A stretch of DNA of 63,996 nt, the filler included, from Conidiobolus incongruus B7586 (Eukaryota): assembly GCA_000697335.1 (NCBI GenBank). It is 28 parts of 28 records of this genome, joined end to end, with 100 filler letters (N's around TTAATTAATTAA, not from the genome) between each part and the next. Parts side by side here need not be neighbours in the genome. Positions count along the whole stretch, not along the records: positions 23,623 to 25,763 come from JNEM01000916.1; positions 25,864 to 27,937 come from JNEM01000917.1; positions 28,038 to 30,813 come from JNEM01000918.1; positions 30,914 to 32,825 come from JNEM01000919.1; positions 32,926 to 34,730 come from JNEM01000920.1; positions 34,831 to 38,131 come from JNEM01000921.1; 22 more parts are not named here. One strand, written 5' to 3'. The notes below the pieces were generated by a model. That model was not told where the DNA came from, ran no database searches, and saw only the letters and a program-made list of their open reading frames with translations. A program made the translations under genes and the position numbers. Shown here in pieces: positions 25,521 through 37,296 of the stretch; position 1 is the first letter of the stretch, and each line of letters starts with the position of its first letter.

Positions 25521-26574
25521 TTTAATTTTGGATCCATTATATTATCATTATTATTGTTGAATTAATTTGTTTGATTATAGTAATTATATAGTTATATAAG
25601 TATATAATTATTTATTTTATGTTTTTACTAAATTTTGATCATTTATTTTTAATAATTATTGTATCAAATTATAAATACTAAGTTGCTTTGTTATTAGAGT
25701 TTTTTCAATTTAATATTAATATTAATTGATAATAAACATAATATAATATAAAAATACAAATAANNNNNNNNNNNNNNNNNNNNNNNNNNNNNNNNNNNNN
25801 NNNNNNNTTAATTAATTAANNNNNNNNNNNNNNNNNNNNNNNNNNNNNNNNNNNNNNNNNNNNATATTTATTTATTTTTATTAATTTTTAGAAATTTATT
25901 ATCAATATATTTATAAATTATATATATAAATTATTAATATGATATTTTTAATTTTTTTAAAAAAATATAATTAGTTAATATTTTATTTTAATAAATTAAT
26001 ATAGTAATTATATTACCTATTTTAAATTAATTATTTTTATTTTCCTTTGCTTTATTTAATTATAAAAAAATTGGAAAAATATTAACATATTATAAATTTT
26101 TTTTTTGCCAATATTTATTTGATTCCTGGATATATAATCTAATTAACTTTAAACTCATCCTTTGTTGAAACTATAACTTAAATATAATTCATATAATAAT
26201 AAATTCTATAATTAAAAAACACAAACTTATATAAATTTTATAATTTAAATTTAAAGTACTTTTTAGTAACCAAAATTAGTAAGCTTTCATCAATTTCCAA
26301 AAATTTCCAATATACAAATATTAAAGCATTGAATAAATATTAATTTGGTTGATAGAATTCAGCCTCAGAAATAAAAAAATAGTAAACAAAATAGAGATTA
26401 TCTATCTATAGCAAATAAAAAAGCTCAATAATATTCTAGTAAACTATGATATAACAATTAACTAAATTAAAAAAGAAAAAAGTAATGGGTATAAAAAAAT
26501 TATATTTTATTGTGATGAAAACTATTATTTTAAAAGTTTCAATTATTATTTTATCTTTGAATATAATTATAATT

Positions 26575-27249
26575 ATGCTTAACATTGAACCTAAAGAATA
26601 CAAACATCTCTCCCAATATAAATGTATGATTGCTGGATATCCATATATTCCCACAAATCTTGAGATTATTATGGGACACCTTTGCACAAGTAAATTAATT
26701 TTTGAATTTAACAGCTGTGAACCTGATGATTTAGAGAACCAAAAGCAAATTATTACCAAGTTATTCAGATCAAGAGGTGAAAATATATTTATTGTGCCCC
26801 TTTTTATATATAAATTTGGCTTCAACTTAGACATTGGGAAAAATGTTTTCATCAACACCAACTGCAATTTCCTTGACTCTTCCAATATCAAAATTGGAAA
26901 CAATGTATTTATTACTCTAAATATTCAAATTTACACTTCAACTCACCCTATAGACCCTTTAGAAAAAAGAAAATATGAATTTGCTAAACTAGTCACAATT
27001 GGTAATGAAGTATAGATCAAAGGTAATATAATAATTTGTCCAGGTGTTATTATCAGTGATGGTGTCACTGTTGGGGCAAGAAGTGTTATAACCAAGAACT
27101 TTCCACCCTATATTGTGATTGCAGGTAATCTTGCTAAAATCATTAAAGAATTACCAAGTTATGAAGAATATAAAAAATTGAAAGATTCAGAGGATACCAA
27201 TAATATTCTCAGAAATTATAATTACAGTTACCTATATAATCAACTATAA
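26575..27249 (+). pseudogene. maltose/galactoside O-acetyltransferase pseudogene, copy 2
   Basis: Same length as copy 1, with a single internal TAG at 27013-27015 replacing the Trp of V-W-I-G-G. Motifs include FGFNLDIGKNVFINTNCNFLD..IGNNVFI..QIYTSTHP..CPGV..VGARSVITK..AGNLAKIIK. Confidence 0.92.
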
Positions 27250-28059
27250 TATTTTTTGTTATTTTTAATAAATATAGTTTATAAAAAGTATTAATTTTAA
27301 TGAGAATCATATCACTATATATTAATGTTTATTTTGAAAATATTTAATACATTATATTATATATAGATCTAACATAAATTCAATTGGCTTTATATGGATT
27401 GATTATCATATAAGCAATTTTATTAATTGAATTTATTTGTTAAATAAAATATAACAAATAAAATAAATTTCATATTTTGATTTATTAACTTTTTAATATT
27501 ATTTAAAATTATAAAAATAATTATTGTAAATAAAAAATACAAGTATAAATTAAAAAGGTATTAAAACTTTATTTATTATCAATTATAATATAAAAATGAT
27601 AATTACAAAACAATGGAAAATTATTAAGTAGTAGGTTCCTAGAATTTTATATTATTATCTATGTTTATATTGCTTTTATATTAATTAATAATATTTACAT
27701 AATATCTAGTTTTTAAGCTATTTAATTTTATTAATATTTTAGTTTTATTTTGATAAATTCATTTTTTTCCTTTTTTAAACAATTAATATTTTTTTTAATA
27801 TTTAATCTTTTTTATTGTTACAAATATTTTTAAATTATTTTTTAAATAATATGGTTATATAATTATTTAATTATTAATATATAAATTGCATATATTTGAC
27901 CAATATATCTTAAATTTAATAATACTTATTATTATATNNNNNNNNNNNNNNNNNNNNNNNNNNNNNNNNNNNNNNNNNNNNTTAATTAATTAANNNNNNN
28001 NNNNNNNNNNNNNNNNNNNNNNNNNNNNNNNNNNNNNATTATTAATTTTATATATTTAC

Positions 28060-30813
28060 CTATAAAAATAAGTTATAAAGTTAAAAATATATATATATTT
28101 TAATTAATAACTAAAACATTTATATATATAAGATTACCTGAAACTATAATATAAAACTAAGGTATATTTTCTAATAATAAATAAATAAATAAATTTAGAT
28201 TTATTAGATAAACTTTTAGCAAAAATATTAACCCTTAATATTTAGCCAAATTAAATCATAAATTTGCAAGTTTTGAAGATAAAAGGAAATATTTAATAAT
28301 ATATAACTATATTTCTTTTATTATTTTACTATTATTTATTATAATATTTTAAAAATATTATTTTAAATTTAAAGTAATGGGAAATTTTTTAATTTCTGAT
28401 TTTTCAAATATATTATTATTTTAAAATAAATAAATATCTACAAAGTTAATAGGAAATTATATATTTTTAAAATATATATATATTATTTTTTTTGATTAAA
28501 AAATTAATTTTTTAAAATTGGTTATTTAATTTAATCATATTTAAACAAAATAGTGATCATCAAAAGTTTTTTATTTTAATATCAATAAAACTTAACTATA
28601 AACCCTCTAAAATTATTTAAAATTTACAAGCAGCTTTTGGTAATAAAGTACTATCTAAACTAACAATTTATTACTTGGTAAATTATTTTAAAGCTAGGAG
28701 AGAAATTATCCAAATCTGGCTAAAATTTAAAAGACCAATTTTAACTGTTATTCCTTCAATTACTAATATAGTGAAAAAATATATTAAAAAGCATCTTTTT
28801 ATTTTAGCTAGAGAACTATTTAAGCACTTTAATATTAGTCTTATAAGTATTATATATATATTTAAGTTTAAGCTTAAATTAATAAATAAAAATATAAAAT
28901 AGGTATCTTATAATTTAACTAAAGCTCAGAATAAAGCTAGACTAGTTATTGTTAAGTAAAATTTACTAAAATATTACTAGAATCCTAAACTTTTACAATA
29001 AATAATTGCAATTGATGAATCTTAAATCCCTATATATAATCCTTCACCAAAATACAAATCAAGATGCTAGATTAAGCCAAATCAACCCCCTTAACAAATC
29101 CATTTAAATAAGCATTTTATTAATAAGCAAATGTTAATTATTGCAATAGAATATAATGATATATGCTACTCTTATTTAGTTTCTAAAAGAAAATCAATTC
29201 ATAGTAGACTTTATATTACTTTTTTAAATAAAAATATTTTTAATTAGTGTTCTTAATATAATTTAAGAAGACCTATTATTTTGCATAATAATTGCAAAAT
29301 ATATAAATCTAAAGTTATAAAAATAATTCTAATTAAAAATAACTGGAAAAAACTACCACATCTAATATACTCTTTAGATTATAACTTATGTGATTATAAT
29401 TACTTTAGATAATTAAAAAACTTGCTTACAAGAAAGAAAATTTCTATAAGAAAATTTAATTGATTTGTAAAATATTAAAATTTAGTCTTTAATAAAAAAA
29501 ATTATTTTTAGGTGTTAGATCTTTACTAAAAGTATAGCAAAAAAGTTATTAGTAATAAAAGAAATTATTAAATTTATATTATATATTTATTTATATATAT
29601 TATATATTAAAATATTTATTTATTTTCAATTGCAAAAATTTTCCATTTTTAAAAATATAGAGTATAATATTAAAATTTTTTATTAATATTATTTATGCTT
29701 AAATCCCATTTTAAAAAATTCATTTATATATTAATCAACTTAATAAAAAAGATAAATTTATTTATGATATTGTTAAAATTACTAGTGATAATTAGTTTAC
29801 TATATCTAAAGTAATTAAGATTAATAATAAAGATATATTTGAATTTAAACTTAAGTTTCTTAAAATTATAGATAAATATAATAAAAAGAATATCTATAGA
29901 TTAATTAATATAAATAAGTATAGTATTGTTATAAAAATATAACATAAATTATAAGATTATATAAAAATATTAGTTAGTATTAATTTTATTATATATATTT
30001 TATATTAGTATAGATATTACTTATATCTTAGAAAAACACCCCCAACTAAAAAAATCCTATTATAAAACTAAATAAGAGTTTAAATAATATTATTAATATT
30101 AAACTAAAACTAATTATAATTAAGTTATTTATTTTAACAAAAATATATCTTAATAGAGTTAATAAACAAGCTAGAAGCTTTAGAAAAGTTGTAAAATTAT
30201 TTTATAACTATTAAGTTAATTTTACTTAAAAGTATAATAATAGTTTAATTATTATCTGGGAATATATATTGTCTTTAGGTATAAAATATCTATATAAAGT
30301 TAATAATGGAATTAATATTAAAATATACTAAAATATTCTAAATTATAAATTGAAAAAATTATTAAATAATATAGGTTAAATAAATCTAATATAATTTTTT
30401 AAAAAGATAATATATTTTTCTATATTATAATTTTTACTATTTAATAGATTAAAAATAATAAAATAATAATTATAAAATAGTTTCTTTAATCACTTAACTT
30501 TTATTTAATTAAATATCATTGGGATTAGCTAAAATTATTAAAGCTTTCCTTTTAATAAAAGATTTAGATTAGTTTAAAAAATATATTTAAAAACAATAAA
30601 ACAAAATTAACCTTCTTTAATATAAGATGTTAATTGATTCTATACCCTATCAACTTAAAAAAGTTAACAGAGCTAAAGATAAATATATTAAGTTTTAATT
30701 ATTTTTCATTCTCAAAAACCTAAAAGTTTATAACCTATCTTAAGTAAAATTTAAGAGTTTATATTTTAACCAATTAATAACTAAATATTATCATTTAATA
30801 ATATATATTATTA
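28060..30813 (+). mobile_element. Tc1 family A copy interrupted by a mariner insertion
   Basis: 28060-28356 plus 29666-30813 rejoin to match the uninterrupted copy at 57699-59154. ORF start atgcttaaatcc is at 29696. Confidence 0.85.
28357..29665 (+). mobile_element. full-length degenerate mariner (DD34D) element, family B, about 1.3 kb
   Basis: Translation gives an HTH (AFGNKVLSKLTIY..FKARRE), *VSYNL (=WVPHxL), IAIDES* (=DExW), ILHNNC (=LHDN) and LPHLIYSLDYNLCDY (=YSPDxxPxDY), with 34 residues between the 2nd and 3rd catalytic positions. TIR core is taatgggaaattttt / aaaaattttccatt. Confidence 0.9.
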
Positions 30814-30913
30814 NNNNNNNNNNNNNNNNNNNNNNNNNNNNNNNNNNNNNNNNNNNNTTAATTAATTAANNNNNNNNNNNNNNNNNNNNNNNNNNNNNNN
30901 NNNNNNNNNNNNN

Positions 30914-31394
30914 AGTTTTTTTTTAATTTTTTGTTTAGAATACTTTAATATAACTAAATATTGATATTTCTATTAATTTTATAAAGATACCTGATAATAA
31001 ATGATAATATATATTTTTAAACTATAATTAACTTATAACTATATTTTTAGGTTAAAATATCATAATAATTATAATATAATTTTTTTCTGTTATGAAATAT
31101 CAAGGTTTTTTATTAAATTGACTAATATATATTTTTATATTATTAAATTATAAAGCTTTAGTTTAACTAGGTTTAATTAGGTTTAATTTAATTTAATATT
31201 TAATTAGGTTTAATTTAATTTAATAGTGATATTTAAATTCTTATTTAATTTCATAATAAGACTTTTATAGTTAAAGTTATTTTATTTATAATATAAATGA
31301 TATTTATTATAAAACAAAGTATATATAATAAAAGTTTTATTAATCATTATTTTTCTATAATTTTGTAATTTTTTTTATATTTATAAATTATTAC
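30914..31394 (-). mobile_element. internal fragment of an older Tc1 family A copy
   Basis: Colinear with 31985-32415; interrupted at a TA by the terminus of the next copy. Confidence 0.7.
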
Positions 31395-32825
31395 TATATA
31401 CTAACTTGAAAAATAAGTCATAAAATCAAAAACACTTATATTTTTACTAATAACATCATTAATATTTAATAAAATTAACTTAAATTAAATAATTAAAATC
31501 TATTGTATTTATTAATAATATATATTATAAAATGATGATATTTAGCTATTAATTGGTTAAAATATAAACTCTAAAATTTTACCTAAGATAAGTCATAAAT
31601 TTATAAGTTTTTAGTGATAAAAAAAATTAAAACTTAGTATAATTACCTTTAGCTTTTCTAACTTCTTTAAGTTTATAGGGTATAGAATTAATTAACTTCT
31701 TACACTAAGAAGGGTTAATCTTGTTTTATGCTTCTTGAATATATTTTTAAAACTAATCTAAATTTTTTACTAGAGGGAAACTTTAATAGCTTTTTTTAAT
31801 AAATCCAAAAGATATTTAATTATGTTAAGGTTAAGAGATTAAAAAAGTTACTTTATAACTATTATCTTGTATTTTTAAGTTATTTGGTAGTAAAAGTTAT
31901 AATATAATAAATAATATCATCTTATTAAAAAATAATATTAAATTTATTCAACTTATACTATTTAATGGTTTTTTTTCTATTTATTGTTTAGAATATTTTA
32001 GTATATCTCAATATTAATTCCATTATTAATTTTACAAAGATATTTTACATTTAATTACAATATATATCCTTAAATAATAATTAACCTAATATTATACTTT
32101 TAGGTAAAATTAACATGGTGGTTAAAAATAGTTTTGCATTTTTTTTAAAGTATTTAACTATTTTATTAAATATACTAAGGTATATTTTTGTTTTATTAAA
32201 TTAAATAACCTCTCTCTAATTAATTTTAGTTTAATATTATTAGTGATATTTAAACTTTTACTTAACTTTATAATAAGATTTCTTTAATTGGGGATGTTTT
32301 TTCTTAAGATATAAGTAATATCTATGTTGATGTAAAGTATATATAATAGTATTAATATTAATTAATATTCTTATATAGTTTTATAGTTCTTATTGTATTT
32401 CTACAATAATACTATATTTGCTTGTATTAACTACCTTATAGATATACTTCTTATCATGTTTATTTATAATTTTAACCCATTTAAGTTTAAGTTTAAATAT
32501 ATTTTTATTGTTATTTTTAATAGCTTTAATTATAGTAAACTAGCTAATATTAGTAATTCTAGTAAAATTATAAGTTGATTTATTTTTTTATAAAGTTAAT
32601 TAATACATAGGTAGATTTTTTTAAAGAGGGATTTAAGTATAATAATACTAATAAAAAAATATAGTATATCTATAAAATATTATATAAAATAATTACAAAG
32701 AGAAAAAAATATAGTTATATATTGTTAAATATATCCTTTTTTCTTAATAACCAACAAATTTATAATTTATCTTATTTAGATATTAAAGGTTAATATTTTT
32801 GATAATAATTTACTAAATATATCTA
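31395..32825 (-). mobile_element. Tc1 family A copy, near full length
   Basis: Starts with the TIR tatatactaacttgaaaaataagtcataaaatc; colinear with 47360-48800. Confidence 0.85.
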
Positions 32826-32925
32826 NNNNNNNNNNNNNNNNNNNNNNNNNNNNNNNNNNNNNNNNNNNNTTAATTAATTAANNNNNNNNNNNNNNNNNNN
32901 NNNNNNNNNNNNNNNNNNNNNNNNN

Positions 32926-33250
32926 TAATTTTAAAATATATATATATAATCTTTTTTTTTACAAAATTAACTTTTTAAAATTTTATTGTTTAATATAGTT
33001 ATGTTTAAACTACATATTTATCATTAAAAGTTTTTTATTTCAGCATAGTTAAAACTTTACCAAAAGCTTTTTAAAATAATTTAAAATTTATAAATAGCTT
33101 TTAAAGATGTAGTTTTATTTAATTAACTATTTGGTACTATGTAAATCACTTTAAGGGTAAAGAAATTATTTAAAACATATTAAGAAACAAATTTTAATTG
33201 TTATTTTATTTATTATTAATAAAGTAAAAACATATATCAAATATTATCAA
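32926..33250 (+). mobile_element. mariner family B 5' fragment
   Basis: atcattaaaagttttttatttcagcatagttaaaactt.. is colinear with 28557-28790. Confidence 0.6.
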
Positions 33251-33669
33251 AAGACAAGTACCTCTAATACCATTAATTATTCTTAAATTAACTTATTAAA
33301 AAAATTAATTTTTTTAACAAATTATATTTACCTATCTCTTATATTTTGATTCGCTATTCAGCCTAGCTATTAAAATAATTTTTAAATTATACTATTCTAT
33401 TTATTTCAAAAAACATGGAATTGGATGATTTATATTATTTTCAACCTGATTTTATTCCTTTCTTTATTTAATATAAGTTGTAAAACTTTAACTGATCATA
33501 TAGTTGAATTACCAAAATTATGTTTTTTCCAATTATGATCATAGCATTCTTTTTTTTTTGAATAAGGTTAATATATAATATTAGTACAGAAATAAATTAA
33601 TGGCTTAAATTCAAATTCAAAATTAAATAAAATTATAGTATATAGTCTATAAAATTTATTATATAATTT

Positions 33670-34730
33670 AAAAATAATACTTCCTTTTATAATTAATAAT
33701 ATTTTCCTTATACTTTTGGCAAGCTTTGAATATCAAAAAAAGTTTTTTATTTAAGACTAAAATTTAATATTTTATAAACTAATTTAATATATTTTCAAGA
33801 GTTTTTTATCTTATAAGTATATTTGTCAATTGCTTAGAATAGTTATATTCACATAGGTTATAATTAAATGAATATATTAAATATAATAATTTTTTCCAGT
33901 CTTTTGATATAATAAATTAATTAAAAGTTTAATTTTATTTATTTCATTATTATTTTGTAAAATAATAGGTATTTTTAATTTATAATATAAATACCAACTA
34001 GAAATTGTTTCATTCAAAAAATAATTAGTTTTAAGAATTAAATAAACAAAATTTTATATTATTATAATCTATTTCAATAGTTAATATTTGCTTATCTATA
34101 AATTATTTATTCATTGGAATTTATGAAAAGGATTGTTTTAACCTAATTTAATATTTTATTATATTTTTAAATAAAATTTAATATAAACAAATCTAAGATT
34201 TATCAAATATAATAATAAATTATTATCAAAAATCTATTTTAGTAATATTATGATAGATTTTATTTAAGGTTATTTTAATTTTTTTGGGCTTTTATTGAAT
34301 TTTTAACTATTTATTTTATATTTTGATTAATTATTATTAGTTCAGACCTTAATATATATATAATACTTAAATAACTAATATTAAATTATTTATATTGCTT
34401 ATTAATTAGAACAAAAATAAATTTCTTATTATATTTTTTTATTTTATTAATTGAAAAGAATAATAATAGAAACTAGTCTTTTAAATTTAAATAAGTTTTG
34501 AATAATATCTTTTTTAACTTTAAAATGGTGAATTTAATAATAAATAGTAGATTTAAAGAAAATAATATTTTTATAAATTATATATAAATTTTAAATAATT
34601 TAGGAAGGTTTATAGGTAGGTTATATTAATCCTAAAACAAAAGACTTTTGATGATCATTATTTAATTTAAGAATAATTAAATTAAATAACAAATTTTAAA
34701 AAATTAATTTTTTATTCAAAAAAAATTATA
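33670..34730 (-). mobile_element. mariner family B copy (degenerate)
   Basis: Colinear with 45950-47040 (e.g. cacataggttataat, actttaaaatggtgaat, gacttttgatgatcatta). Confidence 0.8.
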
Positions 34731-34989
34731 NNNNNNNNNNNNNNNNNNNNNNNNNNNNNNNNNNNNNNNNNNNNTTAATTAATTAANNNNNNNNNNNNNN
34801 NNNNNNNNNNNNNNNNNNNNNNNNNNNNNNATAAATATTATTAAATATTAATATTATCTAATATAAAAGCTAGTATATTAATAACTTATTATCTATTAAA
34901 ATATAATTAAACTTTATTTATTATCTTAAATTATATTTTTTTATTCTTACGTCATATTATTTTATATTAAGTCTTTTTTATATTATATT

Positions 34990-36530
34990 GGTTTATTACC
35001 ATTATACTTATAATACTTATTAATTTTTAATAGCTTTTTATTAAATTTTTGGTAAGTTTTTAATATTTAAAAGACCTTTTTTATAAAAGAATAGAATTGA
35101 AATTTTATAAACTAATTTAATTAAATAATAAGAGCTATTTTTTTAAAAAAGATATTTTATATTTGCTTAAAACAATTATAGTTAAATAAGTTATAATTTG
35201 TTTACAATATTAAATATGATAACTCTTTCAAATTTTTTATATAAAAAATCTTTTATAGATTTAGCTTTATGTAATTTGTAATTATAATGTAAAATAATAA
35301 GTATTATTAATTTAAAATGAAAATACTATCACGGGCCAGAAGGCCTGTTCGTCCTTAACAATTCAAATCGTTCGTGAACCCCTTCACAGATTCACCTGCA
35401 ACGTGACCACAAAATATACCCAAACAATGCAATCAATCGTTCCATCCAATGTGTGGCTCGTACGCTGGGAAGACACGTCAAACAAACTATAGATATGCCG
35501 ATTACAACAAGTTATCATGTCAGTCCTCTTCCCAGAATACAACCCAATAATCCAGGTTAAACAATAAATTACCCCTTTTATATCACTGAACAGACACCAT
35601 TTTAGAAGACAACTATTTACTAAAAAGTTATTGAAAATTTGATTTCCCAGTCAGTGTCAATACCAATTAAAAATTATTTTATTCAAAAAAGTGATATAAC
35701 TTACTATTAATTAATTTACTTTTAAAAACTAAATAAAAAGACTATATATTATTATCATCCATTATAATAATTAATGTTTGTTTTTTTATAAAAATTCTTT
35801 TTAATATTTATTATGGTGATTACTTTAGCTTAACCTAATATTTTATTTTTTTAAATAAAGGATTATATAAATAAATCTAAGATTCACCAATTATAATAAT
35901 TTGCTATATAAACCTTTTTCTTAGTGATATTTTAATAAGTTTTATTTATCTATACTTATTTTAATTTTTTTAAGCTTTAATTAAATTATAAAGTATCTAT
36001 CTTATATTTTTATTAATAAAACTAAATTTAAAATGTGTTATATATAATATACTTATATCACTAAAGTTAAATTGCCTAAATAGATTTTAGTAAAAATAAA
36101 GAGTTGTTTTTTAATATTTTTTACTTTATTAAATAATTAAAAAATTTTAATATAAATTAATCTTTTAAATTTAGGTAAATTTTAAATAATATCCCTTCTA
36201 ACTTTAAAATGGTGAATCTAGCAATATATTGTAGATTTAGATAAAATATTATCTTTATAAACAATTTGTAAATTTAAAATAATTTTAGAGGGTTTATGGT
36301 TGAGTTTTGTTATTATTAAAATAAGAACTTATGATAACCATTATCTAATTTAAACATGATTAAATTTAACCTGAAATTTTGAATTAAAGATATTTTAATA
36401 AAATAATAACTATACAGTATATATTTATTTTTAAAAAATATTTACTCTTTTTAATATTTCAAATATAATTAACTATTCAAAACTAGCAATATATTTGAAA
36501 AATCAGAAATCAAAAAATTTGCCATTTTTA
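34990..36530 (-). mobile_element. mariner family B copy carrying a solo-LTR-like insertion
   Basis: Removing 35327-35659 and one ATAC restores colinearity with 33990 (ataccaactagaaattgtttcattcaaaaa). The 5' end aaaaatcagaaatcaaaaaatttgccatt lies at about 36500-36526. Confidence 0.8.
35327..35659 (+). mobile_element. solo LTR-like insertion 1 (333 bp), CpG-rich
   Basis: TATCACG...GTGTCA termini with ATAC (or AATAC) duplicated on both sides, an AATAAA at about 35563, and an abrupt GC rise relative to the host mariner. Confidence 0.75.
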
Positions 36531-36968
36531 TCTTCCCAAACTAATATTATCAATTTAATTAGAAATATTATATTGAATTTAATATCTATACCTAAAATAA
36601 TATTATATATAAAATTTGGTTATTAAATATATCAGAGTAAAGCTAAATGAAAATATATCAAAATATTTATTATTAAAATAAGATCAATTTAGTAAATTAA
36701 CTCTTAATATACTAAACTTGAATAAATATTATATAGTATACGATAATTCGATATTATCTTATAGTATAATATGAATTATAGTTGTTTAACAATATATCAT
36801 TATATGAATTGTTAAAATATATCTTAATATATAGTTATTATTATTGTTATTCTATCAATTTTTTTAAAATTATAAAAGTACATTATATTAGATATTTATT
36901 CTAATAGAAATAATTTTTAGATAGGTTTATAATATTAAAATTGGATTAATATTTAATAATATATTATT

Positions 36969-37296
36969 TGTTCCCAAAGTGCTACTCTTGACACTATTTA
37001 TAATATCAGGTTTCTATTCGATGAGAAGCCTTTACTTTAATTTACTATTACTTGCGAACATCTTGTAACATTGCGAATAACCTTTACACATTGAAACACT
37101 GCCAATCCCTAATTACTTCCCTATATAAGGATCAGTCTTAATGACTAAATCCAGTGACTTTCACTGCTTAACCAAGCACTATTCCAAACACCACTTTAGC
37201 CAATAAACCCTCAAACATACTTACCTACTATTAGGTAACAATAATAGCCATTACACCTTACATTTCACCATTCATAATATTAATAGAGAAACGACA
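36969..37296 (+). mobile_element. solo LTR-like element 3 (328 bp)
   Basis: TGTT...GACA termini, TATA box ctatataagg (37121) followed by caataaa (37201), flanks ttatt/atatt (4/5 match), GC-richer than the flanks. Confidence 0.7.

Noticed and set aside
26485..26574. Hydrophobic N-terminal extension of the acetyltransferase
   Set aside because: The upstream ATG is not shared by copy 1 (ataagt) and the sequence is AT-rich and UTR-like. The shared ATG at 26575/24274 gives equal-length ORFs, although an in-frame ATG at 26515/24214 cannot be fully excluded.
26436..26903. 155-aa minus-strand ORF (and its paralogue 24108-24302)
   Set aside because: Antisense to the acetyltransferase pseudogenes; not preserved at equal length in both copies.
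28675..28902. ORF-track ORFs 28675-28902, 39126-39335, 54482-54757 and 32393-32578 as host genes
   Set aside because: They are stop-free stretches of dead mariner transposase, or antisense to Tc1.
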